A stretch of DNA of 64,000 nt, from NCBI GenBank assembly GCA_964641225.1, contig CAZXKC010000002.1, positions 52,893-116,892 on the forward strand. The letters run 5' to 3'. Position 1 is the first letter of the stretch; each line of letters starts with the position of its first letter. The translations under genes and the position numbers were made by a program. Shown here piece after piece: positions 1 to 8,487 of the stretch. Origin of the DNA: an uncultured Candidatus Saccharibacteria bacterium. GTDB taxonomy: Bacteria > Patescibacteriota > Minisyncoccia > UBA6257 > 1-14-0-10-44-23. Below the pieces are notes generated by a model. It did not search any database, was not told the DNA's origin, and was given only the letters and a program-made list of their open reading frames with translations.

Positions 1-174
1 TGGCTGGCCCGAACTTGGCGGATCAAGATAAATTGTTTTTTGAAAGACCCGAGCATTACATCGAGCCTGACATTTTTACGCAAAACACCGTGGGCGCGCG
101 AAAAAGTTGAGCAGCTCTACGTGAAAAGTATTTCGCCCTCAGCTCCGGCCGAGTATGGCGACTTCACATTGTAA
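1..174 (+). CDS. 3' end of an unidentified CDS, partial and open to the window start
   Basis: Frame 1 is open from base 1 to TAA at 172-174 (…AEYGDFTL*). I recognise no motif. Confidence 0.25.
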   Translation, partial: WLARTWRIKINCFLKDPSITSSLTFLRKTPWAREKVEQLYVKSISPSAPAEYGDFTL

Positions 175-183
175 ATCGAGCGG

Positions 184-1039
184 CTATTTAAAATTGCTGA
201 TAAATTGCAGGGGATCGACTGAGATACCGTTCACTTTCAGCGAGAGGTGAAGGTGTGGTGCGCTGGCCAAGCCGGTTTCGCCAAGAGTGCCAACTATAGT
301 GCCTTTTTTGACCGTGGCGCCTTGTTTGACCTTGAGGGTGTCTAAGTTGGAGGTAGAGGGTGTAAATGCCCTGACCGTGGTCGATAATGACCGAATTGCC
401 ATAGACCGGGTCGACGTAGGCTTTCGAGACAACGCCAGCATTGATAGCGGCCACAGAACTGCCTTTGGGCATCACAAAGTCTGTTCCCAGGTGATTGATT
501 CTCTCTTCACCGGTCTGTCTAATCTCGCCAAACGGGCTAGAGATGTTGCGGTTGTTAGCCAGCGGCAACGCAAACGGGGTCCTGAACCGAGTTTCTTTAG
601 TGACGATTTGTACTCCGGTGTTTATCGTTGAATTTACGGTTGCTAAATTTTGTACTAATTGCTGCGGCGTTTGATTTAATTTTGGTGGCACTGGCAAGAC
701 AATCACGTGCGGAGTGCGTGCGGCGATCGTAATAGTTTTTGTGACGCTACCCGTTTTAAATTCTGCAATCATCTGTTGCGAACCTGTTTTTGCGGTGAGT
801 GCTATCGGTGCTATCACGCGCCAACCGGTTTGATAGGGGAAAGCGGTGAGGGCTACGCTATTTAAAGTAACTTTTGTAGGCTGCTCATCAAACTTTGCAA
901 TCAATGTCTGGCCTTGCTGCAATCGCGGCGTGAGTATCTCAACCGTAGCCGCATGAGCGGGTAGGGCGAGCAAGTTAAGAAAGAGTGGGATGAGAAGGTA
1001 TCGGCGCATATATAGTAAGACGAGCTTAAGGAGCTTCAT
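184..1039 (-). pseudogene. M23/LytM-family metallopeptidase carrying a +1 frameshift (possible pseudogene or sequencing error)
   Basis: ORF 188..1039 has a signal peptide and the M23 motifs HLGTDF…VIIDHGQGIYTLY. ORF 184..441, in another frame, supplies the C-terminal LDTLKVKQGATVKKGTIVGTLGETGLASAPHLHL motif. The frames join at about 343-348, where removing one C from the run ctctacCtcc restores IYTLYSNLDTLKVKQG. Confidence 0.8.
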
Positions 1040-1321
1040 GTTACCATGAGTTTAATTAAAGAGGGCGTGCTTCGTCAGCGCTTGAGTCAGTAGTTAGCCA
1101 TTATTAGCTTCACATATCATTATGAAGTCATTCTCATGCACGGATTTGGGTTCAACGACATGTAACTTTGTTGCTATGGGAAAGACTGAGGGGGAGGTAA
1201 TCGGAAAGATGAAGGCCATGGGTGAGGAGGGAATGAACGGGATGATGAAGCCAAAAGTTAAGACGGCATAGGTAGATATCCAAACTCCGGCGAAAGCCTG
1301 AGTTTGTGTTAAAATTACGCA

Positions 1322-1975
1322 ATGCGAGCAGTAATTTCTAAATTTTTCGGAGACATTGGCCGGATTTTTAGCGAAAAAAATCTCGTCTGGCACGGGGCCG
1401 CTATCGTGATTACATATATTTTGGTTGTAACTGGATTTGATTGGTGGATCGTAACGACGTTTGGTCAGAGCACGGTGCGCTCAGTCGCTTTCAGCGCCGG
1501 GTTCATTGGGTTTTACGCGCCGATCGTCGTACCGCTGATCTATCTTGCTGTGGGGTATGCGCGCCGTAATAGCCAGTTCACTAAAACAGGTTGGCTCATT
1601 GCCCAGGCGGAAATTACCGGGTTACTGCTTTCATCGTTTTATAAAGTATTCACAGGTCGACCGGGGCCAACTCAATTTCACGCTGTGCCGCCGGTTGACA
1701 TGAGTCATGTATTTCGATTTGGGTTCTATGAAGGCGGCGTGTTTTGGGGGTGGCCGTCGTCACATATTACAGTCGCCGTTGCTGGAGCCGTCGTATTGAT
1801 GCTGCTGTATCGTCATAACACGGTGGTGAAATATCTAGCCTGTGCGTATGCAGTCTATATGGCGCTGGCTGTTTCAATTACGTTCCACTGGTTTAGTGAC
1901 GGCGTCGCCGGAGTGATTTTTGGTACGATCGTCGGGTTGACTGTTTTAAAATCTGCAAAGAAAATAAACATGTAG
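1322..1975 (+). CDS. PAP2-family membrane phosphatase
   Basis: Multi-TM protein with the PAP2 motifs KVFTGRPGP (KxxxxxxRP), WPSSH (PSGH) and SITFHWFSDGVAG (SRxxxxxHxxxD). Confidence 0.8.
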   Translation: MRAVISKFFGDIGRIFSEKNLVWHGAAIVITYILVVTGFDWWIVTTFGQSTVRSVAFSAGFIGFYAPIVVPLIYLAVGYARRNSQFTKTGWLIAQAEITGLLLSSFYKVFTGRPGPTQFHAVPPVDMSHVFRFGFYEGGVFWGWPSSHITVAVAGAVVLMLLYRHNTVVKYLACAYAVYMALAVSITFHWFSDGVAGVIFGTIVGLTVLKSAKKINM

Positions 1976-1978
1976 CGT

Positions 1979-2911
1979 ATGGATAAGGGTTTTAAAACGG
2001 GCGCATTAATCGTCCTGCTTGCCGGAGCAGGGTATCATTTTCGTGCGCCGCTTGTCGAAATTGCGACGCGCCTCAGTCAGAGTGTGCTGCCCTGTTCAAT
2101 CCCAATAAGCTATAGCCTTGGACACTTTGATACACAATTTGGAATTTCAAAAACAGATTTTTTAACCGCGGTTGCCCGGGCTGAGGCGTTATGGGAGAAG
2201 GCCGCCGGAAAAGAGTTGTTTAGGTATGCAGACAATGGGGGATTAAAAATAAACGTAGTGTATGATTCTCGTCAGCAGACAACGCAGCAGCTGCAAGAAA
2301 TAGGATCAACAGTTGCCGGTGCGCGCGCGTCGTATGATGCAATGAAGGCGCAGTATGCTGATTTGAATAGTCAGTATCAGGCTGATAAGGTGCGGCTCGA
2401 GAATGATGTGGCTGATTTTAATGGGCGACAAGAGGCATACAATCAGGAGGTTGCTCAGTGGAATGCCAAAGGCGGGGCACCAAAGGGAACGTATGAGCAA
2501 TTGCAGGCGCAGCAGCGTGCGCTTAAGGTTGAGGCTGCGCGGCTAAAAGAGCGACAAGAGGCGCTTAATCAGCAGGTCGCTCATATAAACGAACGTGTTG
2601 CTGAGCTTAATAAGGCTGCCAAAGATTTAAATCTCAATGTCGATATCTACAACGAGGTTGGTGCATCGCGTGGCGAAGAATTTGAAGAGGGCTTATTTAG
2701 AAGTGATATCAGCGGCCGGCAGATTGATATTTATCAGTATGATAGTCAATCAAAGCTCGTGCGTGTCCTTGCGCACGAGCTTGGTCACGCCTTGGGGCTC
2801 GATCACGTTGATGACGAAAAGGCGATTATGTACCGCTTAAATTCTGGAACCAGCCAGACGCTGACGGCGTCCGACAATGCAGTTCTCAAGAGTTTGTGCC
2901 GGATTAACTAA
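1979..2911 (+). CDS. Secreted metzincin-type zinc metalloprotease with a coiled-coil region
   Basis: N-terminal hydrophobic segment, a long Q/A-rich coiled coil, and a C-terminal HELGHALGLDH (HExxHxxGxxH) zinc-binding motif. Confidence 0.75.
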   Translation: MDKGFKTGALIVLLAGAGYHFRAPLVEIATRLSQSVLPCSIPISYSLGHFDTQFGISKTDFLTAVARAEALWEKAAGKELFRYADNGGLKINVVYDSRQQTTQQLQEIGSTVAGARASYDAMKAQYADLNSQYQADKVRLENDVADFNGRQEAYNQEVAQWNAKGGAPKGTYEQLQAQQRALKVEAARLKERQEALNQQVAHINERVAELNKAAKDLNLNVDIYNEVGASRGEEFEEGLFRSDISGRQIDIYQYDSQSKLVRVLAHELGHALGLDHVDDEKAIMYRLNSGTSQTLTASDNAVLKSLCRIN

Positions 2912-3037
2912 TCCACAGGCATCTCTTGAAAAGGTGCTATACTAAATCTATATGGGACACTTAAAGGGTCACTAAAGCACTTGTGCTTAATCAAAAACAG
3001 CCCTCACGGGCTGTTTTTGATTTCCTGAATACATTTC

Positions 3038-4552
3038 TTATCGTGCGTTAAGCGCAGCCTGTGTGGCTGGACCAACGTAGCCTTTTGCATCTATGCCGCG
3101 GGCAGACTGGAATTTCATAACTGCGGCCTGAGTGAGGGCACCAAAGTGGCCAGTCACCGAACCAGAGAAGTATCCAAGGTCTTTAAGGCGCTGTTGTAGT
3201 GCGCTTACTTCGGCACCATCTGAGCCCACATCTAAGAACTGCGTGAAGGTGTATGAGCTGGCTGAGACGCTGGTATTGCTTGTTGCCGAGGTTGAGGCGC
3301 CCATGGCTGTAGCCAGTTGATTGAGTGCTGTTGCCATAACCTGAATCTGGGCAAGCATTTGAGTAAGCTGAAGCTGCATGGCTTGAATGACTGAGGTGAG
3401 AGAGGCACCCGTGTTGACTGGGGTAGTGACTGCCGGAGTTTGTGTAGTGGTCGTTGTCCCCGTCGTTGTTGTACTACCGGTGACCGTAATGTTGAACGTA
3501 TTGCATCCGCCCGAGGTTCCACAGACGGTCATTGATGAGGTGCCGGCTCCAGTACCTGTTAGCGTGATTGTGTTGCCGCTGAGTGTTGCGTTTGCTACCG
3601 CCGGAGCTGGATTTGAGGTGACAAAATATGAAGAGGCGGTGCCGCCAACCGTCACGGTGAGCGACTGACCAACCGCAAGGCTTGGACTCATGTTGCTGAA
3701 GGTGACGGCCTGGCTACCGCTGGTGCTACCGCCTGTTGCACTTACGGTAATATTGAGCGTTCCGCAGCCGTTTGAGGTTGAACAGATTGTAATCACCGAT
3801 GAGCCAATCTGGTTACCGGAGACGCTGATTTGGCTGCCATTGATTGATACGGGGACTGTGTCCGGCATCGTGTTGCCGCTGACATAGTAGCCCGAGCCAC
3901 CCGTAGCGGTGATCACGAGAGTCTGGCCGGGGACGATAGTTGCACTTTGGTTGCTGAATGAAAGACTACCGGAGCTGCTACCATTTGTACTCACTGTGAC
4001 GTTGATCGTTCCACAGCCGCCGGTCTGCGCACAGACAGTAATAGTGCTATTTCCTGCGGCTAAGGCTGACAGTGAGGCGATGCTTCCATTTACAGAGGCG
4101 GAGACAATCGTCGAGTTACTATTGCCGCCGAGGTAGTAGCTGCCGTTGCCGCCGGAGATCGTAATTGAAAGACTTTGACCGATTGTCATCGTCGGCGCAT
4201 TTTGGCTAAACGATAACGCGCTGCTGGTTGTCTGAGTTCCATCAGTTACGGTTACTGAGAGGTTAGTACAATCCGTCGAGGTATTAACGTAACAGATACT
4301 GAGCGTAGTTGAGCCGAGTGAGGCGCCTACGATGGTGATCTGTGTACCGTTTATCTGGATTGAGGCAACGTTCGGGTTTGACGTGCTCATGCGGTAGACG
4401 GCTGTGGCCGTCGCCGTTGAACTTACTGTTGTTGATTGGCCCAGTCCAATAGTCACCGAGGTCTGATTCAGTGCCGGAGCGGCAAAGGCAACCGATGCTG
4501 CGGACAGTAATGCTACTGTCGCGGTCGCAAAAATACTAAGATATCGTTTCAT
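3038..4552 (-). CDS. Secreted surface protein with about five Ig-like tandem repeats and a C-terminal peptidoglycan-binding (PG_binding_1-like) domain
   Basis: Signal peptide MKRYLSIFATATVALLSAASVAFA. Repeated ~75-aa S/T/G-rich units each end in C..TGGCGT.N.TV. The C-terminus reads LQQRLKDLGYFSGSVTGHFGALTQAAVMKFQSARGIDAKGYVGPATQAAL. Confidence 0.7.
   Translation of the reverse strand: MKRYLSIFATATVALLSAASVAFAAPALNQTSVTIGLGQSTTVSSTATATAVYRMSTSNPNVASIQINGTQITIVGASLGSTTLSICYVNTSTDCTNLSVTVTDGTQTTSSALSFSQNAPTMTIGQSLSITISGGNGSYYLGGNSNSTIVSASVNGSIASLSALAAGNSTITVCAQTGGCGTINVTVSTNGSSSGSLSFSNQSATIVPGQTLVITATGGSGYYVSGNTMPDTVPVSINGSQISVSGNQIGSSVITICSTSNGCGTLNITVSATGGSTSGSQAVTFSNMSPSLAVGQSLTVTVGGTASSYFVTSNPAPAVANATLSGNTITLTGTGAGTSSMTVCGTSGGCNTFNITVTGSTTTTGTTTTTQTPAVTTPVNTGASLTSVIQAMQLQLTQMLAQIQVMATALNQLATAMGASTSATSNTSVSASSYTFTQFLDVGSDGAEVSALQQRLKDLGYFSGSVTGHFGALTQAAVMKFQSARGIDAKGYVGPATQAALNAR
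3415..4450. repeat. Intragenic tandem repeats of ~225 bp encoding Ig-like modules of the surface protein
   Basis: The protein units (…SFSQNAPTMTIGQSLSITISGGNGSYY… / …SFSNQSATIVPGQTLVITATGGSGYY… / …TFSNMSPSLAVGQSLTVTVGGTASSYF…) recur in register. Confidence 0.6.
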
Positions 4553-4609
4553 AAATTATAAAATGTTAATAATAACGTTCTTGCATACTACTACTTAATT
4601 TTAGCACTT

Positions 4610-5836
4610 TTATTTCCACAAATTCCAGACGTGAGCGGCTACGTTGACTGGCGTACCTTCAAGCGGGAAGTGGTGTAAATCAATAAATGGCAAAGAATTG
4701 CATTCAATCACGCCCCACTGTTGTCTATTCGGATCTTGCGTGATGTCGGGGATGATAAAATCAAAGCCCATGACCGGAAAATCAACCAGTCGGCCAACTT
4801 CTTCTAATATTTTTTTTGTCTCCGGATGAGTGATTGCGATCTCCTCGGCTTTATATCCGCCATAGCCAATACCAATTTTCTCCATCACATCAATTGTTTT
4901 ACTCTGCGGTAATTTTGTCTCAAGCGTGTAGTTGTTGCGCGCCAAAAAATCCTCAATATACGGTGTTACGACAACCTCTTTTACTTCTGATTTGCGATGC
5001 TTATTTTTAAGTTCGATCAGCTCGCCAATGGTATGTTTACCATCGCCGGTGATGCGCGGTGGGTCGCCGCGCAGAACACCTACGAGCGTTCCGTTTACGA
5101 TCGTAGCACGGTACACGCTCCCAATGAGATGCTCCTCCATCACCAGACGCTCTGCGATCTGTTTAGCTGCCTTATATGCCTTTTTAAGCTGCTTTTCAGT
5201 ATAAATATACGTTGTGGTGTGCCGGCCCCGCGAGCCAAGCGCAGGCTTAATAATGACTGGTTTGCGCAGCATCTTAAAGACGCGCAACATCTCCTTCCAG
5301 GTTGTAAATCCGCCGCCGCGCGCGGCTGGCAGTCCTGCGGCTAGGATTTTTTCTTTGAGTTTAACTTTGTCGTCGAGCCACTGATTTGCGTCGGTATTTA
5401 AATGACGGGGAATTGGCAGGCTTTCAAAAAATATTGTTTCACCGTTAACGATCGCTGCATGAAAATCAGTCGGTTTACCGAACACTAGCATTTGTCTCAT
5501 CGGAATCCCGCGCGCCTGCGCCTCCTGCCAGATTACCTTTGAGCGACTGCTGCGGGATTTAGATATGTCGTCGTTAAAACGAATCACGCCCATTTTTTCA
5601 AAGGCATTGATAATGTAGGGCAGGGCATAGTGAAATGCCGGGTCAAAAAGTTTGCGCAGTCCAATTTTATATGCGAACTGGTCAATCGGATCCATTAACG
5701 CTGAAAAAATCTCATTTGTCTTAGCAAGACTGTGGGGGATTGGATTGTTGCCGCAGTAGTAGCATGGCCTCATGTTTTGAGTATACTTTATCCCGCGATC
5801 TAGACAAATTTGCATCAGCTCACGAAGGATCGCCAC
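4610..5836 (-). CDS. ATP-grasp family ligase (RimK / cyanophycin-synthetase-N-terminal-like); start codon uncertain
   Basis: VIIKPALGSRGRHTTT matches the ATP-grasp phosphate-binding pattern (VVKPxxGSxGxGV) and sits in a C-terminal grasp-like region. The annotated GTG start overlaps RNA-like element A; internal Met codons at 5815 and 5773 are alternative starts. Confidence 0.6.
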   Translation of the reverse strand: MAILRELMQICLDRGIKYTQNMRPCYYCGNNPIPHSLAKTNEIFSALMDPIDQFAYKIGLRKLFDPAFHYALPYIINAFEKMGVIRFNDDISKSRSSRSKVIWQEAQARGIPMRQMLVFGKPTDFHAAIVNGETIFFESLPIPRHLNTDANQWLDDKVKLKEKILAAGLPAARGGGFTTWKEMLRVFKMLRKPVIIKPALGSRGRHTTTYIYTEKQLKKAYKAAKQIAERLVMEEHLIGSVYRATIVNGTLVGVLRGDPPRITGDGKHTIGELIELKNKHRKSEVKEVVVTPYIEDFLARNNYTLETKLPQSKTIDVMEKIGIGYGGYKAEEIAITHPETKKILEEVGRLVDFPVMGFDFIIPDITQDPNRQQWGVIECNSLPFIDLHHFPLEGTPVNVAAHVWNLWK

Positions 5837-6044
5837 AAGGAGTAGGTTTACCTACTTCGAGGATGTCCCGACACAGAGATGATGCAAATTTGCCTGATCC
5901 CTTTGGGTTGCAGCCCGGCTGCCGCCTGATCTCGTTGCTCGCAAAAGCCCATGCTAAAGCATATTGTCTTTTGCGCACGCCGAGCCGGTCAGGCAGCCGG
6001 ATCAGCAACGCGGCGGAAAGATGCTCAGAGCATGGGGCTTAGCC
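5792..6044 (+). ncRNA. GC-rich structured-RNA-like element, copy A, of a two-copy family of unknown identity
   Basis: Shares the core ccgcgatctagacaaa … caaggagtag-hairpin-ctacttcgagga … gggttgc-hairpin … gagcaacgcgg with copy B. Helix sequences differ but remain complementary: A gacaaatttgcatc/gatgcaaatttgcc versus B gacaaaaacccgttag/ctaacgggtttttgtc, and A gtagg-ttta-cctac versus B gtagc-ttcg-gctac. Strand was inferred from the UUCG loop and a conserved G·U pair. Confidence 0.45.
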
Positions 6045-6062
6045 ATATTAAGGTATTGTATA

Positions 6063-6542
6063 ATGAAGCATATGGATGAACAAGAAATTATTTGGTCTTC
6101 GCCGGAATTCCATGTTGTAGAACGGAGCTCAAACTGGTATCTGGCTAGTTTAGTAGTTGCTGCCGCAATTGCTATATTTTGTTTGTTTCAGAAGAATTTT
6201 CTCTTTTTGCTCTTTGTGATCATCGCCGAGACAACGCTGCTTTTTATGACGAAACAAAAGCCGAAACTTTTTGGATATGAAATTACCAGTCAGGGGATTA
6301 CGGTTGATGATGTGCTGGTCTATAAATTCTCGGAAATGAACGGGTTTGCGATCGTTGATGACGGGGTCAGTATGTATGTTGAGCTGGTGATTCGGCCGAT
6401 AAAAAAGCTTGGTCAGTACGGCAAGATTTTATTGCCGCGGGTGATGACCGGTGAGGTGTTTGCAGTGCTTTCGCGATATACCTCGGAATTCAAATATGAG
6501 GAGACAATGACCGAGTCTATGATTAAGAGAATCGGGTTATAG
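6063..6542 (+). CDS. Membrane protein with bacterial PH-like (DUF304/YdbS-like) architecture
   Basis: Two N-terminal TM helices (WYLASLVVAAAIAIFCLF / LFLLFVIIAETTLLF) are followed by a beta-rich domain. ATG at 6063 (MKHMDEQ…) follows an AT-rich stretch. Confidence 0.55.
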   Translation: MKHMDEQEIIWSSPEFHVVERSSNWYLASLVVAAAIAIFCLFQKNFLFLLFVIIAETTLLFMTKQKPKLFGYEITSQGITVDDVLVYKFSEMNGFAIVDDGVSMYVELVIRPIKKLGQYGKILLPRVMTGEVFAVLSRYTSEFKYEETMTESMIKRIGL

Positions 6543-6562
6543 ACGTCAGTAGGTATATAGAT

Positions 6563-7054
6563 ATGCATGTTCAGGAACTGTATTGGAAAGCGCCTGACTT
6601 TCGAAGAGCCAGGAAGCGTGCCACCTGGCACAGCCTTACTATTTTTGTAGCCATTGGACTCGGGATTGTTGCATTCATAGAAAGTAGCATCCCGTTTTTT
6701 ATTGGGATTATTATTGTTGAATTTTTTATTCTGATCGGTTCAAAGCGAGGGCGGGTAATTACGGCGGAGTATAGAGTTGATCGCGTTGGATTATGGTATG
6801 GCTCTGAACTTGTATATCGACGCGAAGAGATTGTGCGTTTTGACATTAGAGATCACGGTGATGCGCTTGACGTTGTGCCGTGGTGTGAATTGATTTTAGC
6901 GGTGCGCGGTCGGCGGCCTAATATTCGGCGCATGCTTATTCCGCACGAGAAACGGAAAGAGCTTCGATCGTATCTTATCGATGCGTGGCAGATTCAGGAA
7001 TTTGAATACCGAATCGGCGCCATTGGGTTTCTTAGGCGCTTACTGGGGTTGTAG
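6563..7054 (+). CDS. Paralogous PH-like (DUF304-type) membrane protein
   Basis: Same architecture as the upstream gene: two TM helices followed by a soluble domain. The two genes are tandem. Confidence 0.5.
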   Translation: MHVQELYWKAPDFRRARKRATWHSLTIFVAIGLGIVAFIESSIPFFIGIIIVEFFILIGSKRGRVITAEYRVDRVGLWYGSELVYRREEIVRFDIRDHGDALDVVPWCELILAVRGRRPNIRRMLIPHEKRKELRSYLIDAWQIQEFEYRIGAIGFLRRLLGL

Positions 7055-7115
7055 AAACGACTTTACAGAAGTTGCCTTTTTTCACGTTTTCGTATAAAAT
7101 TCAAAAACTGTAAAC

Positions 7116-7180
7116 GCTCTTGTCGTTCCCGCCCCTGTAGGGGCGAGGCTCGCCCAAAGTATTGGGCGGCAATGGATACC
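7116..7180 (+). other. Partial duplicate of the tRNA-Arg 5' end, interrupted by a 41-nt GC-rich double hairpin
   Basis: gctcttgtcgttc (identical to tRNA positions 1-13), then ccgcccctgtaggggcgaggctcgcccaaagtattgggcgg, then caatggata (matching the D-loop). The intact tRNA lies 147 bp downstream. Confidence 0.5.
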
Positions 7181-7262
7181 CTTTTATAGTATTCTTGTTG
7201 AGAGGGTGCAAGTGTCAGTTTGGCGAATGCTTGGTGGGTTAGCATAGTTCGCGATAGTCAAA

Positions 7263-7334
7263 GCTCTTGTCGTTCAATGGATAGGACAGCCGCCTGCGAA
7301 GTGGCAAATGTAGGTTCGATTCCTACCGAGAGCA
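7263..7334 (+). tRNA. tRNA-Arg, predicted anticodon GCG
   Basis: Manual fold: acceptor GCTCTTG/CGAGAGC, D-stem GTTC/GGAC, anticodon stem GCCGC/GTGGC with loop CTGCGAA, T-arm GTAGG-TTCGATT-CCTAC, discriminator A. CCA is not encoded. Confidence 0.7.
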
Positions 7335-7705
7335 CACTGTTGTAAAAGACTCATTCAAAGAGTCGATATGCGTTTGTTTTGTAAGCTTCTGTGGAGGCTC
7401 TAGCCAAGCATGGGGTTCCCACCTCTCAATTAGATTTTTTTCACTCATAAGCACAAGTAAGCCCATTCAAATATAGCTTCTTGGTCTTTTGGTGGAAGGT
7501 TCTAGTAATGCATAGAATACAAGCTCTGAGATTCTGTATCTCAATAATGATCTATACAGATAGCCCCAGTCATCGCACGGTCTCCCGTGGGGCTTCCGTT
7601 AGTCCTGCCTAGATACTTTCTAAGAAACCCTAAGAAAAACTCCATATGGGTCGCCGTGGTGAGTCTTTTTTAGCTAAAATAAGAAAGATTTGGTAAAATC
7701 AATTT

Positions 7706-8284
7706 ATGAAAGAAATTATTGGCGTCATTGCGGTTATTCTAACTTTTGTGGCATATGTTCCGTATTATCGGGACATTCTTAAAGGAAAAACTCATCCACA
7801 CATATATAGTTGGTCGCTATGGGCGTTACTGACAATCTTACTCGTTGCCCTGCAGATTAAAGGTGGTGCTGGTCCTGCTACTTGGGTTACTGCTGCGGCG
7901 GGTCTTTTGTGTGTTGGAGTAGTTTTATTCAGTCTCAAAAGTGGGAAAAAGAACATTACTATATCAGATACGGTTGTAGCTATTCTGTCACTTATCGCAA
8001 TTGGTTTTTGGCTTATTGCTGATCAGCCGATAGTATCTATAACCCTGGTTATTGTTGCTGATATGTTGGCATTCATTCCAACGGTTCGTAAGTCGTACCA
8101 AGATCCTTATTCTGAAACATTATCACTCTATGTTACAAATGCACTACGATTTACTCTTGCACTATTAGCAGTGGAGCATTACACCTATCTCTCCACATCT
8201 TGGATTGTGGCTTGGATAATTGGAAATGCCCTACTCTCGATACTTCTCATCGTGCGACGAATGCAAATCAAGAGAAGTAATTAA
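7706..8284 (+). CDS. Polytopic membrane protein of unknown function
   Basis: 192 aa with about six hydrophobic helices. A clear ORF follows a 370-bp non-coding stretch. Confidence 0.55.
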   Translation: MKEIIGVIAVILTFVAYVPYYRDILKGKTHPHIYSWSLWALLTILLVALQIKGGAGPATWVTAAAGLLCVGVVLFSLKSGKKNITISDTVVAILSLIAIGFWLIADQPIVSITLVIVADMLAFIPTVRKSYQDPYSETLSLYVTNALRFTLALLAVEHYTYLSTSWIVAWIIGNALLSILLIVRRMQIKRSN

Positions 8285-8371
8285 AGACTTTGAATTTTAG
8301 ACAGTCACCTCGGCAGGCAGAACAAGAGCCGGAACACTCGTAAATTGGTTTCTAGCGGCGTACAATAGGGA

Positions 8372-8419
8372 GCACAAAACCAAAACACCTGCGCTAATGC
8401 AGGTGTTTTGGTTTTGTGC
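8372..8419. terminator. Perfect 20-bp-stem hairpin between convergent genes
   Basis: gcacaaaaccaaaacacctg-cgctaatg-caggtgttttggttttgtgc. Confidence 0.5.
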
Positions 8420-8440
8420 TTAATGAGTAACTTAAGGTGA

Positions 8441-8471
8441 GGCCGGGCTTAATCTCCGATTAAGCCCGGCC
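8441..8471. terminator. GC hairpin followed by TTT
   Basis: ggccgggcttaatctccgattaagcccggcc then tttgaatg. Confidence 0.45.
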
Positions 8472-8487
8472 TTTGAATGATGTGTCG

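Noticed and set aside
1094-1393. 99-aa minus-strand ORF
   Set aside because: It lies in the promoter or 5' region and overlaps the PAP2 gene start. It has no RBS and low-complexity hydrophobic content, so it is likely spurious.
5740-6042. ORF-track protein (100 aa) and its 'paralog' 22123..22419 (98 aa) sharing DLDK…SPQGV…TSR
   Set aside because: The similarity comes from nucleotide-level homology of a structured-RNA-like element. Substitutions between copies are compensatory in helices rather than synonymous or codon-periodic, and the regions are low-complexity and Arg/Ser-rich as proteins.
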